Positions 18,712 through 29,800 of a DNA stretch of 64,000 bases are shown here, piece by piece; within the stretch, counting starts at the first letter, position 1, and each line of letters opens with the position of its first letter. Under the pieces are notes generated by a model. That model was not told the origin of the DNA and made no database searches. It saw only the letters and a program-made list of their open reading frames with translations. The position numbers were made by a program, and so were the translations under genes. Location: positions 64,001-128,000 of the forward strand of contig OZ244651.1 of assembly GCA_965218695.1 (NCBI GenBank). The letters run 5' to 3'. This DNA is from Nitrosopumilus sp. Its GTDB lineage: Archaea > Thermoproteota > Nitrososphaeria > Nitrososphaerales > Nitrosopumilaceae.

Positions 18712-20169
18712 CTAGTTGCCAAACGCTCCGACCCTTTCAAAGGCCGCATCCATCCTCTTATGGAGTGCCTTGTTCCATTCCTCAAAGCCTTCGGGCCTTG
18801 TGGGATAGTTGTTGTAGTGTTCGACCAGCCACCGGTTCTCCTTTGATGTGAACTTGAGGCCGTCTGCAACCGTCTTGTTCATTACGCCCCTGATGATCAT
18901 CCCGACCTTTCCCAGTCCGGAAAAGTCAGGATGTTCGCCCTTGCTTATCGCCTCCACGTCAAGATTTCCGAGAAAGTGCTTCATGCCGTAGCTTATCTGC
19001 TCGTTGGTCATCTGCTGGACAAGTCTTCTGAACAGTTCAAGGCCTGCCGTCTTGTATCCGTACTCCTCTATGAAGTCCAGATTGTACTTCCATAGGCCGG
19101 CCTCTGAGACATCGCCTGCTTCGATGGCCTGCGTGATGTTGTTTCCAAGTATTGTTCCTGCAATCAGTGCAGGGCCTATACCGCCTGCGTCAATCGGTTT
19201 TGGCATCCACGCAGAATCCCCCACCATGACGTATCCGCCTGACACCATGCAGTCGTTCTGCCTTCTGACTGACACTTGGAAGATTCCGGAGTTGTTGTTG
19301 ATGTCAACTACATCCTCTGACAGCCTTGGGTTTTTAATCACAGTATTCCTAGCAAGGTACTCCTTCATGAGGGACTCGACGTTGTCACTCTTTCCAAGTC
19401 TCTTGTTCCGTCTTTCCAGTAATGACTTTTCCACGCCCAGTCCGATGTTGACCTTGTCGTCTCCCTTTGGAAACACCCACCCGTAGCCGCCAGGTGCGAT
19501 GTCTTGGTCAAGATGAATTATGCAATAGTCCGGATCAAACTCTGCCAGGTTCTTCTGGCCGGGTTCAAAGTACATTATATATCTGCCAGTCGACTCTAGA
19601 TCCCTTCTGTCGATGCGTCTTTCAATCCGGGTGGTGTTCTTGATGCCGTTTCTGAGCATCGATGTGACTCCTGTCGCATCCACCACGACTTTTGCAGTCT
19701 TGACAAAGGGCTGCCTGGTCTTGTTGTCGATCCCGCGCACTCCGGTTACCTGCCCGTCATTATATGTCATTCCCATAAGGTTGATCTCATATTCAAACTC
19801 GATTCCGGCGCTTGTGCATCTTGCGTTCTGAATCTCAGGTAGCCTCTGGCGGTTTAGCATGAATCCGTCCCCGTCAAAGGGTATTGCAGTCTCCATGTCC
19901 GGCGAGTATGCCATGACCCCCTTGACGTCATGCTCGATCTCCGGCTTGGTCCATCTCACTCCGATCCTCTCTGACATAAAGTCCACTGCCTCCTTTGAGC
20001 ACGCGTCACCACACACCCATCCTGCAAGCGACTTTCTTCCCGGCATGAACTGCGGGTTCCTGTCCACCACCAGTATCCTGATGTTCTGTCTGGAGTAGTG
20101 CGATATGGCCTGTGCCGTAATCGTTCCTGCAAGGCCGCCTCCTGCAATTATGACATCATAGTCTGTCAT
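18712..20169 (-). CDS. Geranylgeranyl reductase-family FAD oxidoreductase
   Basis: DVIIAGGGLAG, DATG, PGGYGWVFP, VGDSA..GGGI. Confidence 0.88.
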   Translation of the reverse strand: MTDYDVIIAGGGLAGTITAQAISHYSRQNIRILVVDRNPQFMPGRKSLAGWVCGDACSKEAVDFMSERIGVRWTKPEIEHDVKGVMAYSPDMETAIPFDGDGFMLNRQRLPEIQNARCTSAGIEFEYEINLMGMTYNDGQVTGVRGIDNKTRQPFVKTAKVVVDATGVTSMLRNGIKNTTRIERRIDRRDLESTGRYIMYFEPGQKNLAEFDPDYCIIHLDQDIAPGGYGWVFPKGDDKVNIGLGVEKSLLERRNKRLGKSDNVESLMKEYLARNTVIKNPRLSEDVVDINNNSGIFQVSVRRQNDCMVSGGYVMVGDSAWMPKPIDAGGIGPALIAGTILGNNITQAIEAGDVSEAGLWKYNLDFIEEYGYKTAGLELFRRLVQQMTNEQISYGMKHFLGNLDVEAISKGEHPDFSGLGKVGMIIRGVMNKTVADGLKFTSKENRWLVEHYNNYPTRPEGFEEWNKALHKRMDAAFERVGAFGN

Positions 20170-20340
20170 GATGATCAAGTCTTGTTCATCGGTATTTAAA
20201 ACAATACCATCAGCAGTACGGGTCGGTTCGTCGCGGGGTCATCATGGCTGCGGCTCAGACTGGAGCGGCTGTTATCTCCTCATTCCCAAGGAATGCTGTA
20301 CGGGTTCCTATTTAACCTGCTTGGATACCTCTGGCGCATG

Positions 20341-20763
20341 TCACATCCTTAGAATCTCTAAAAACGCCCCTACCGTGTCATCCTTGCAGTAGATGGGAGT
20401 CTGGATTCCTATCTTTATGGAGCCGTCGTCTGTCACTGATGCGATCCCCCTGACCAGATCCTGCTTGTCCAGCCTCATGTGGAATCGGGAGTTTGCCGTC
20501 CTCTCCGGTATCTGATTAATCAGGGAATCGACCTGCCCGTCAGAGAGCAGCCCTGTCATTCTTCTGACGAATTCTGTTGCCTGCCCCTTTGTAAGCCTGC
20601 AGCCCAGCATGGTTATTTGGTTGCCAAAGTATCCGGTGGTGTGGCTCACTGCAAAGCCGTCTGCCTCCAATCCCAGAACGTCTTCAAAGGCCTGCAGGAT
20701 CTTTGAAACGTCCTCAGTAGAGTGCACTATTACGTCGACTGTAACCTCAATCTTCCGGCTCAA
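20341..20763 (-). CDS. Exosome-associated RNA-binding protein (COG1325/DUF54-like)
   Basis: HSTEDVSK, GYFGNQI, RLDKQ motifs. Confidence 0.82.
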   Translation of the reverse strand: MSRKIEVTVDVIVHSTEDVSKILQAFEDVLGLEADGFAVSHTTGYFGNQITMLGCRLTKGQATEFVRRMTGLLSDGQVDSLINQIPERTANSRFHMRLDKQDLVRGIASVTDDGSIKIGIQTPIYCKDDTVGAFLEILRM

Positions 20764-20767
20764 GCGG

Positions 20768-21379
20768 TTATGCCTTGAGCAGTATGGTCTCTTTTGCCGC
20801 GGTTCGGACAAGTTTTACCTTTTCAAGACCCACGTGTCTTATCCTTATTACCTTCTTGAATGCGGCCATAATGTCCGAGTTGATCTTGCTGTAGCATGTG
20901 GCCTGGACAAACTGCGCAATCGTCATGTCTGGAATCGTGTTGTTGATTACATCCTTTGCGATTAGCCTGAGGGCATGCTTTCTGGACGTGTTGAGCTGCC
21001 TGTGGGTGAGTGCGATTATCTTGATTCGAAATATGTAACCGTCCTTGGTCTTGATGTCGATTATAAAGTTGATCTTGGACGATCCGCGCCTGACCAGGCT
21101 TCGCAGAAACTCCTTGGAATACTCAAACCTCTTGAAGATCGTCGTGGCGCTGTCACCGTCGACCTTGTCAATCTGGAAGTATATCTTGTACTGGTGCTGT
21201 GAGGAGTCCCCCTTGAGGATGTCATAGAGGGTAACCTCGATGACCCTGCCCTCGGCGTTCTTGTCGTCCGTGATTGGAATGTACGCTATTGGCACGTTGT
21301 TAAACGAGTCAGGAGCATATGCTGTGATCCAACGCTTCTCTCTCCACTTGTCTTTTACCCTTCCCTTTCTGCGTGCCAA
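20768..21379 (-). CDS. rps3ae: 30S ribosomal protein S3Ae (eS1)
   Basis: KDKWREKRW, GRVIEVTLYD, RSLVRRGSSKI, KTKDGY. Confidence 0.97.
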   Translation of the reverse strand: MARRKGRVKDKWREKRWITAYAPDSFNNVPIAYIPITDDKNAEGRVIEVTLYDILKGDSSQHQYKIYFQIDKVDGDSATTIFKRFEYSKEFLRSLVRRGSSKINFIIDIKTKDGYIFRIKIIALTHRQLNTSRKHALRLIAKDVINNTIPDMTIAQFVQATCYSKINSDIMAAFKKVIRIRHVGLEKVKLVRTAAKETILLKA

Positions 21380-21473
21380 TTAGTATTGACCTTCCAGCCC
21401 AAAATATAAGGGTATGTTGGATTATCGATCCCGGTACAAGTGATGCATTTGTGCAAACCGCAAAACCACACCA

Positions 21474-22748
21474 TCAGATCCGCACCATCTCCTTCTGGTC
21501 TCCCATGTATCCTTGCAGGACATCTGGAATCCTGACATGCCCGTCCTTTGTCTGAAAGTCCTCGATGATGGCGACCATCACCCTGGTAGTTGCCACAAGA
21601 GTGCTGTTGAGAGTGTGCAGGTACTGCGTCTCCTCGTTTGTCTTGTCCCGGAACCTTATCTTCAGCCTCCTTGCCTGGTAGTCGAGGCAGTTGGAGCACG
21701 AGACTATCTCCCTGTAGGCGTTCTGTCCTGCCATCCACGCCTCTATGTCGTATGTCTTTGCCGAGACCTTTCCCAGATCCCCTGCGCAGAGCAGCATCAC
21801 CCTGTACGGGATGCCCAGCATCCGGTAGAACTCTTCTGCCGCCTCCAGCATCTGTTCGTGCTCCCTGCGCGAGTCCTCCGGCCTTGCAAACACAAACTGC
21901 TCGATCTTCTCAAACTGGTGCACCCTGAATATCCCCTTCTGATCCCTGCCGTGGGCCCCTGCCTCCTTCCTGAAGCACGGGCTGACGCCGGCATACCTGA
22001 TGGGAAGGTCCGCCCCGCCAACAATCTCGCCTGAGTGCATTGCGGCCATGGCGTGCTCGGAGGTGCCTATCATGTAAAGATCCTCGCCTTCTATCTTGTA
22101 TATGACATCCTCAAAGTCCTCTGCAATCACTGCGCCCTCCATGGACTCCCGATTTATCATGTACGGAGGCTGTACCAGAGAGTACTGCCTCTTGGCAAGA
22201 AAGTCAAGTGCAAAGTGGATTAGGGACTGGTTGAGTCTTACCAGATCATTTCTCAGGTAGTAGAATCTGGCGCCTGCCACCTTTGCCGCCCTCTTGAGAT
22301 CCACCAGGTCCAGGGTCTCGGAGATGTCGATGTGGTCGCGCGCCTCAAAGCCAAATGTCGGAATGCTGCCCCATTTCCGTACCTTCCTGTTGAAGCTCTC
22401 GTCGGTGCCAGGAGGGACCGTCTGATCCACCAGGTTGGGAACTGTAAATGCAAGTCTGGCATACGTCTCCTCTGCCCTTTGCTGTTCTGACTCCAGTGCT
22501 GCAATCTCTGCTGAGACGCCCTTCATCTCTGCCAGGGCAGCTGTTGCATCCTCCCCTGCCTTCTTCTGTCTTGCAATGGCCTGTCCAGCCTCGTTTCTCT
22601 TCTGGCGCAGCTGGTCTGTACGGATGATCAGCCTGCGCCTCTCCATGTCTGATCTTACCAGGGCATCCAGATCAAAGTCCATTGATCTTGCCCTGAGCAT
22701 CTCCCGTATCGCCTGGGGGCTCTCCCTGATCAGTTTGGGGTCAAGCAC
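21474..22748 (-). CDS. serS: Seryl-tRNA synthetase
   Basis: GTSEH, FRKEAG, FRVHQFEK, EIVSCSNC, HTLNST. Confidence 0.98.
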   Translation of the reverse strand: MLDPKLIRESPQAIREMLRARSMDFDLDALVRSDMERRRLIIRTDQLRQKRNEAGQAIARQKKAGEDATAALAEMKGVSAEIAALESEQQRAEETYARLAFTVPNLVDQTVPPGTDESFNRKVRKWGSIPTFGFEARDHIDISETLDLVDLKRAAKVAGARFYYLRNDLVRLNQSLIHFALDFLAKRQYSLVQPPYMINRESMEGAVIAEDFEDVIYKIEGEDLYMIGTSEHAMAAMHSGEIVGGADLPIRYAGVSPCFRKEAGAHGRDQKGIFRVHQFEKIEQFVFARPEDSRREHEQMLEAAEEFYRMLGIPYRVMLLCAGDLGKVSAKTYDIEAWMAGQNAYREIVSCSNCLDYQARRLKIRFRDKTNEETQYLHTLNSTLVATTRVMVAIIEDFQTKDGHVRIPDVLQGYMGDQKEMVRI

Positions 22749-22984
22749 TACTGGATCACCTTCAGCGCGACCCCAACGTGTCCAAGTATCTCGTCTACCG
22801 TACCTATCAGGTGTCCCATGTCTCCTGCACTCTCAAAGTTGAATATCAGCTTGTCGCCGGCATCCTCAATTTTGATGCTCAGCCCCTCTGGAATATTCAC
22901 GTTGTCCGGCTCCAGGGCGCTTCTTACTGCCCTGGCCCTCTCTGCGGAGATCTCATTTATGACTATCTGCACCTGACACAGCAA
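22748..22984 (-). CDS. pcc1: KEOPS complex Pcc1-like subunit
   Basis: ALEPDN motif, 78 aa, located between the DHH gene and serS. Confidence 0.8.
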   Translation of the reverse strand: MLCQVQIVINEISAERARAVRSALEPDNVNIPEGLSIKIEDAGDKLIFNFESAGDMGHLIGTVDEILGHVGVALKVIQ

Positions 22985-24371
22985 TGTTTTCCTCCAAATA
23001 GTTTAGAAACTCATCCAGCTTGTCCTTGGTTATCTTGGCCCCTGCTGCCATGCTGTGGCCTCCGCCAACGCCGCCAACACTCCGCGCCCCTGCGCCCATC
23101 AGGTGGCTCAGGTTTATCTCCGATCTGCATCCGATGGCCTTTCTTGAGGAGAACTTTACCGTGTTGCCGTCTCCGTCTGCCCTTAGAATGACCACCCTTC
23201 CAGTATTCCTTGGGGATCCTGCAATCAGTGATGAGATGGTACCTGTCATCATCTCCGGCACCACTCCCTGACCGTTGACCATGATGTAGTCATCCTTCTC
23301 CAAAACCCTCCACCTCTCGTTTGATATTATATTCATGTAATCCTTGATTCTGCTCCTGTATTCCTTGAGGATGGTTTCTGCCTCCCTCAGGGCCATGTTC
23401 CTGTCTCCCATGCACACCGAGATTCCGATGCTGGAGCGGCCTATCCTTCCGCATGAGTTGAGCATGGTAGAAAACTCCCTGCACTCCCTCAGAAAGCTTC
23501 TCCTGTCCTCCATTGGAAACGTGTATGTGTATCCTATCATCTCTGAGGCTATCTCGGTGGCGTTGCCTCCTGAGGCAAACCTGCAGATTGACTCTATTAC
23601 CTGTCTCTTCTCCTCCTCTTCAAGTTCTGCAGGAACCCTCCACCTGCCGCCGTCCTTGAGCCGGACCCCTGAGGAGTTGAGAATGGAGAGGCATGCGGCC
23701 CTGTTCCATGTCAGCCCGTCGATGAATGGCTGCGAGGTAAATGCCAATGCGTCTGGCAGCGGCCTGGTCTCCCTGCCGACCAGCAGAAGATCCAGATCCA
23801 CCTCAAGCATGCCTAGACGCTTTGCAGTCTCTGCAATCTCAAAATTTTTGCCTACGAGTGACTTTCTCTCACCCTGGTCCTGTCTGTCTCCCAGCGCCGA
23901 GACTACTGCAGTTGCGGCAAGATCCTCGTTTCTCTGATCTAGGGAGACTGCTGCAAGATATGCCATTCCGCCTGCACAGATGTCCGCCCCTCCGTCGATT
24001 CCGTATCTCCAGGAATTGATGACATTGGGATTGTCCATCTCCGCGTCGGGAATCTGGTGGTGATCCAGAATGAACCAGTTGTCGCCCAGAATACGGTTCA
24101 AATCATCTGCAAAACCGCCTCCAAGATCTGTTATGATGTGAAAATCCCTGGAGTCGTTACTGAATGACTCTGCAGTGTCCTTGTTGAACTCCTTGGCGGT
24201 TCTGACTGTGCACTTGGCACCCGCCCTGATAAGGGCCTTTGTGATGATTCCACCTGATGTCAGCCCGTCGCAGTCAATGTGGGTTGTGACAAGGATCGGC
24301 CTTCCGGACTTTATGCATTCTGATATTCTGTCTTCAAAGAGTGAAAGTGATTCTTCAAGCGATTCTGCCAT
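22953..24371 (-). CDS. DHH/DHHA1 phosphoesterase (RecJ-like)
   Basis: HIDCDG, TDLG, LDHH, GGGH..AAG. Confidence 0.92.
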   Translation of the reverse strand: MAESLEESLSLFEDRISECIKSGRPILVTTHIDCDGLTSGGIITKALIRAGAKCTVRTAKEFNKDTAESFSNDSRDFHIITDLGGGFADDLNRILGDNWFILDHHQIPDAEMDNPNVINSWRYGIDGGADICAGGMAYLAAVSLDQRNEDLAATAVVSALGDRQDQGERKSLVGKNFEIAETAKRLGMLEVDLDLLLVGRETRPLPDALAFTSQPFIDGLTWNRAACLSILNSSGVRLKDGGRWRVPAELEEEEKRQVIESICRFASGGNATEIASEMIGYTYTFPMEDRRSFLRECREFSTMLNSCGRIGRSSIGISVCMGDRNMALREAETILKEYRSRIKDYMNIISNERWRVLEKDDYIMVNGQGVVPEMMTGTISSLIAGSPRNTGRVVILRADGDGNTVKFSSRKAIGCRSEINLSHLMGAGARSVGGVGGGHSMAAGAKITKDKLDEFLNYLEENIAVSGADSHK

Positions 24372-24820
24372 TATTCCAATTGGGCTACCACAGATTTATA
24401 TTTCCAGGTTTTGGGAATTCGCCCGATTCTTTTGTAGTATACTGAGAGCCTGTGGACCTTGGCCTCGATGAGTTCCAATGATCTGACGTTTCTCCTGTCT
24501 CCCTTGTTTGCCTTGAGGTGCTTTTGAAGGCCTACTGCTTTCTTGACTATGTTCTCAAGATCCTCAGGCATGTCCGGTCTTAGATCCTTCTCCTCCAGAA
24601 TCTGCCCCATGCTCTTTTTGGTGACTGCCTTGATTAGGGGTATGGAGTGCTGATCCCTGAGCTTTATTCCAATCTGGCTTGGCGTCATGCCGTCCTTGGA
24701 GTATTTGACTACCAATGACTCAATATCTGACGTACTCTGCGTGACCCATGACGGGGTGCTCAGCACGATTGGTCTGATCGAGTGTGACTTTCCATGTCTG
24801 CGTGTATGCATTCTACCCAT
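24371..24820 (-). CDS. rps15: 30S ribosomal protein S15 (uS15)
   Basis: MGRMHTRRHGKS, PSQIGIKLRDQH, PEDL, LIEAKVHRL. Confidence 0.98.
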   Translation of the reverse strand: MGRMHTRRHGKSHSIRPIVLSTPSWVTQSTSDIESLVVKYSKDGMTPSQIGIKLRDQHSIPLIKAVTKKSMGQILEEKDLRPDMPEDLENIVKKAVGLQKHLKANKGDRRNVRSLELIEAKVHRLSVYYKRIGRIPKTWKYKSVVAQLE

Positions 24821-25020
24821 GGGCTGATTGGTTTGTGTAGTGGAATTAAACGTTACTTGTTGGCATGGATTTAATTGTCATGTGTGTCCCACTGTCGGAT
24901 GCCAGGACGTCAGTCCATGCCAGGTTGCATCCACACGGCATGTGTAGAACCGGACTGCACCATGCGGCCCCTGCCGCATTTCAAAAAAATTCTATATTGG
25001 TACGACCGGTATTATCTCGT

Positions 25021-26658
25021 ATGGCCGCACAGGAGGACTGGACAGCGCATCTCACCAGATCGATGATACAGGACTTGTGCCCCGCACATGTGTACCAGAG
25101 GGGGCAGTCCTATTATAGATCCGGAAGAGTACGTTTTGTGCGCCTCGTGGCAGATACGCTGCATGCTGTTGTGACCGGACAGAGTGATTACACCGTGGCA
25201 GTCCGTGGCGACCGGGCTCTGGGAGTCAATGCAGGCTGCACCTGCTCTTACAGCGAGTACTACTACGGTGCGTGCAAGCACATAGTCGCTGCCATGATAC
25301 ATCTGATTGAAAATCTTGAGGAGATTTTAAGCGATAATGAGACCCGGGTGTCTACCGTTAAGCACATGGTCACCCTTGTGCCGCCAGAGAAGACAGTGGA
25401 GTTTCTGACTGATGTGATGATTATGGATGAATCCGTACGGCAGAGATTTGTCGACACGTTCGGACTGGGACATGTGCGCCCAGTAACCAACTACAAATCC
25501 AGCATGGACCGGCTATATTCCGGTGCGAAAGGATCCGATGGCAAGATTAGTCATCCCCTGAACTTTGATCGATATTTTGACAATGCCCGGGCAAGCCAGT
25601 CCGGCGGCGAGTTTGCAGATGCAGCAAAGATGTACCAGACGATCTCAGAGAAGATATCCGAAAATATGGGTGCCGTAGACGATTCGGGCAGATACTACAC
25701 TGACTGCTTCATGGAGGCCTTGGACGGCATGGCCGAATCCATAATCCGGAAGGAGATGCCGGCTGGCAAAAAACACGAACACATCTCGTACCTGTTTGAA
25801 AAACTTATGGAAGGCAGGCCTGTCCGGTTCGTCCCGTACTACCGCAGCGCCCTTGAGACAGTCTGCACCACAGACGAGGACACTGTATTCCTGCACGACA
25901 CAATCGATTCGCATCTGCATGCAGACGGTCCCGTGCAGGATGGCACGATGGCAGAAATGGTGCACATGCAGGCAGATGCACTTGAGAGGCTGAACAGGAT
26001 GACTGAACTTGTCTCGCTTTTAGAGAAATTCCATTATCTGGACAACAGACTGTGCGTCAGGTATCTTGGCATGCTACACGACGCCGATCCGGACCAAATC
26101 CTGCAGGCAATCCATAATGCCACAGATGCGTTTCCCGACAATCTGGAGGTGATGGAGGCAGCCCTTGAGCTCTATCCTGAAACCGCCCCGGAGTATGTCT
26201 CTGCACTCAGGGAGATGTTTGTGGCAACAGGTGATTGGAAGTACTTTTTCAGGATCAGGGATGCATCATGTGACTGGCATGCCGATGTGGAGGCCGTTGT
26301 CATGAGGTTTAGGGAAAAACCAGATCCGGGCATGGCCGTTAATGCTTATCTGAAGGGGAGCATGGCAGATGAGGCCATGAACCTGCTAGAGTCCCTTGAT
26401 GACGTGGATCTGTTTGCAGCATACCGCACAAAACTGGCACCGGCGTATTCTGGCAGGTATTTTGCCGCGTATGGCACGCTGATCAGGCGGTTTGCCAAAA
26501 GTACGACCGGCAGGGATCACTACGAGCGTGTCTGCAGGCACCTTGCCAGTATAAAGGCGATTCCCGGCGAGGATCGCCTGTATGAGGAACTGATACTGAA
26601 TATCAGGCATGAGAACTCTGGCAGGCGTGTCCTGCTGGAACTCATAAGGGGCATGTAG
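25021..26658 (+). CDS. SWIM zinc-finger protein with helical C-terminal region
   Basis: YQRGQSYYRSGRV...CTC..(x9)..CKHIVA SWIM motif. Confidence 0.88.
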   Translation: MAAQEDWTAHLTRSMIQDLCPAHVYQRGQSYYRSGRVRFVRLVADTLHAVVTGQSDYTVAVRGDRALGVNAGCTCSYSEYYYGACKHIVAAMIHLIENLEEILSDNETRVSTVKHMVTLVPPEKTVEFLTDVMIMDESVRQRFVDTFGLGHVRPVTNYKSSMDRLYSGAKGSDGKISHPLNFDRYFDNARASQSGGEFADAAKMYQTISEKISENMGAVDDSGRYYTDCFMEALDGMAESIIRKEMPAGKKHEHISYLFEKLMEGRPVRFVPYYRSALETVCTTDEDTVFLHDTIDSHLHADGPVQDGTMAEMVHMQADALERLNRMTELVSLLEKFHYLDNRLCVRYLGMLHDADPDQILQAIHNATDAFPDNLEVMEAALELYPETAPEYVSALREMFVATGDWKYFFRIRDASCDWHADVEAVVMRFREKPDPGMAVNAYLKGSMADEAMNLLESLDDVDLFAAYRTKLAPAYSGRYFAAYGTLIRRFAKSTTGRDHYERVCRHLASIKAIPGEDRLYEELILNIRHENSGRRVLLELIRGM

Positions 26659-26873
26659 CATCTGTCCGTAACAATCCCTGTAAAGACTGACGATTTTGCA
26701 TCCGTAGTTGCACTGCACGTGATTCCGGGCGCGGTTCTGTACCAAACCCCGCAGGATGCAACATGTGAAGATGCCTGCAGGAATGCAGTAGCCTGCTCTT
26801 TGCCTGGTGGGGGGCTGCAGTGGCTGGCAGGCATCATGCAGATTCGATGCAGCCAGGGGAATGCATCAAAAGA

Positions 26874-29800
26874 CTATATGGCGCATCTGTGCTTGGATCC
26901 CTTTGAGACTGACGTGGGGAATTTGCCTGGACCCGTCATGTCTGCCAGTGCCATTGCCTGACCCTGATCGGCTTCGTATCCTGATGGTGTATCCATCACT
27001 GTCAGCACGTCTGCCGGATCTCTTAATACATATGGCTTCTTCCTGCCGCCACTGTGCAGATACAGATAACAGTTTTCCTGGAGTGTCTTTGTTCGGAGCC
27101 ACTCGTTGGGAGTAAAGACTACAGGTCCGGTCGTGCTTACCGGCTTTGCCAGGATGTACCGGGTGGATCCGTTGGGGTCTATCGATCTGACATCAAAACC
27201 GTAGCCCTCCCCTGATACGAGCTCGGGCTTTCTGCCGTGGCTACGCTCAAACTTGATCAGGGAATCAAGCGCCTGACGTTTGAGGCGTGCAGCATCCTCA
27301 GATCCGGGCAACACACGGGCGATTCCCATCACCGATGTCCTGCCGATGCTCAGATTCCCATCCATCCTTGCCTGCATGGCCATGTCCCTTCTGGCAGTCC
27401 TGTATCTTCTGCGGCTCTCCCTCTTGTTTCTGATGGCCAGATCCACCTTGGCACCCCTTCGTTTCTTTGCAAGCAGTACCATGATGTCGTCCCTTATCAT
27501 GTCCATGTGGGTGTCTAGCGACTTCATTCCGTACCTTTGCACTATCATTGCATGTCTGTCACGCTCTCCGGAGAGGGTGCCTGCGTAATCTGCCATCATC
27601 TCGGCGGATTTGACAACTGCCATCTTCCTGACCCTGTCATGATCTTCTCCGGGATCGTAGGCTGTAGGGTGCATGACAAGATCCAGCATTACTGACGGGG
27701 AGACGGCTCTAATGCTGCCTGCCCTGTCCACAAAACAGGCAAGCATCTGCCTGCCTGCCAGTCTTCCGGTTCCGTCAGTCACACTGCCTTCACAAAACAC
27801 CAGATGGCCATCCATCATGCCTGTCGGATCCACAAACACGGATCCGCCCAGTGCGGCATCTGTGTATTCCTGCTCTGCCCAGTCCAGCACTGCATCAAAT
27901 ACGGGATGCCCAAAGGTAATCAGTTCGATGCCGGGTTCTGCCATTCGAACCTTCTTGTCAAATGTGACTGTCTCATACGAAGGCAATATCTGCCTGCCGT
28001 GTTTTGTCCTTGCCAGTCCGAGTATACCGCCTGGCAGTTGAATGGATGCCAGATCGCCATTTCCGTCAATCCGGCCCCCGGCAGTCTCCAATATCTTCCC
28101 AAACAGATACCTGGTGTATTCTGGCACCATCTGCCTCTCCAGTGCCTTCTCGCGTATCCCCCTTAGTTTGGTATGGTCGATGTATTTGGTGGCCAGACCA
28201 TCTTTCATGTAGTCGATTACACGTTCATTGTCTACTGCAACCGAGTCACTCAACTCCGAGATTATCTCTGACTGTTTTCTTGCACGGACTGTCGCATCCA
28301 GCAGCATCTGCGAGAGACTCTTTCCCTGAACAACCTCGCTTATGACATCAAAGATCTTGTCGCTTCCCATGGCATTCTTTATCTCTTCGAGTTTTTCAAA
28401 GAGCACCTGCATTATCTCCCCCTCCCGGGTATCTGCTGCCACCAGATTGAATACTGACACTGGAAACCTCTGGCCGTACCTGTGTATCCTGCCCATTCTC
28501 TGCTCAAGCCTGTTGGGATTCCAGGGAAGATCATAATTTATCATCAGATGGCAGAACTGGAGATTGATTCCCTCGCCTGCAGCCTCTGTTGCAACCATTA
28601 CACGGGTCCTGTCACGGAAGACGGTCTCGGCGTCCTTTCTTTCACCGGCCGGCATGGCGCCGTGTATGGTGTTTACCGAGTAGCCCCATGCCTGTATGTT
28701 CCTTACCAGATAGTTCAATGTGTCCTTGGACTCGGTAAATACCAGTATCTTCTTTTCGGGATGGTGTCTGTCCATCTCTTTCATGGTTGACTTTAGCTGG
28801 TTCAGTTTTGCCTCGTGCCCGTTGTCGATGATCTTTTTGGCCATTGTTATCAGACTGTCCAGAATCTGAATCTCCGTGCCAAGCTCCTTCTTGTTTTTGG
28901 CCATGCTGATCAACTCCCATCTTTTCTCCTCGTCCCACTGCTCCTTCTCTGTCATTCCTTCTGTATAGCCGTATGAGCCTGCCTGTGCCTGTCTTATGGC
29001 GTCTTTTCTTCCCGTTCCGCCTTCCATCTGCCTTAGTTTGTTCCTTCTTCTTCTGAGGGATTCCAGCAAGGCAAACGTGCTGGATGCAAACCTGCGCTGG
29101 AGGATTATTAGTGCAAATGTGATGTTGTGACGCTTGACGGATCTGGTGGCCAGGTTGTACTGTTCTGTGATGTATCTTGACATTTCATTGTACAGTTTTT
29201 TTTCAGGGGCCGAGAGTCTTACATCCGGCGTCATTACACTGCGCGGTGCAAACAGCGGCCTGCCATCAAAGTCCACCATGTCCTCCTTGGCACGTCTCAG
29301 AAACAACGGATTGTCCTGATTTTTTATCGACTCCTCCATCATGTCATCTGTGGCAAAAAACCCCGGTTCAAGCAGATCCAAAAGCAAGCGGAAGTTCTGG
29401 GCGTCTCCCTTGTGTGGCGTTGCAGTCAGAAACATGATGTGCCTGCTCATTACAGAGAGTACCTCCCCCAGTCTGTAGCGCCTAGTTTTGGCAGTGCTGC
29501 TGCCATGCAGGTACGCGCTCATCTTGTGTGCCTCGTCTACTATTATCAGGTCAAACCGGGCGCCATTCATTGAGGATATCACGTCATCTTGTTTTGCAAA
29601 ATCGATCGAGGTTATCAGGCTCTCGCCGGCCCAGGTGTCCGCCCTACCGCCGTCTACAAAGCTGCTGCGATCCACTATTGTAAAATTCTCATCAAACTTG
29701 TCCTGAAGCTCCCATCTCCACTGTTCCTTGAGCTGGCCTGGAACCACTACCAGGACACGCCGTATGTCTCCTCTCATCTTCAGCTCCTTGATTATTAGTC

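Noticed and set aside
24865-25020. N-terminal ORF extensions from the track (also rpl15e, tbp, the helicase and 55924-56040)
   Set aside because: They lie upstream of the conserved N-termini and run over promoter or TATA regions.
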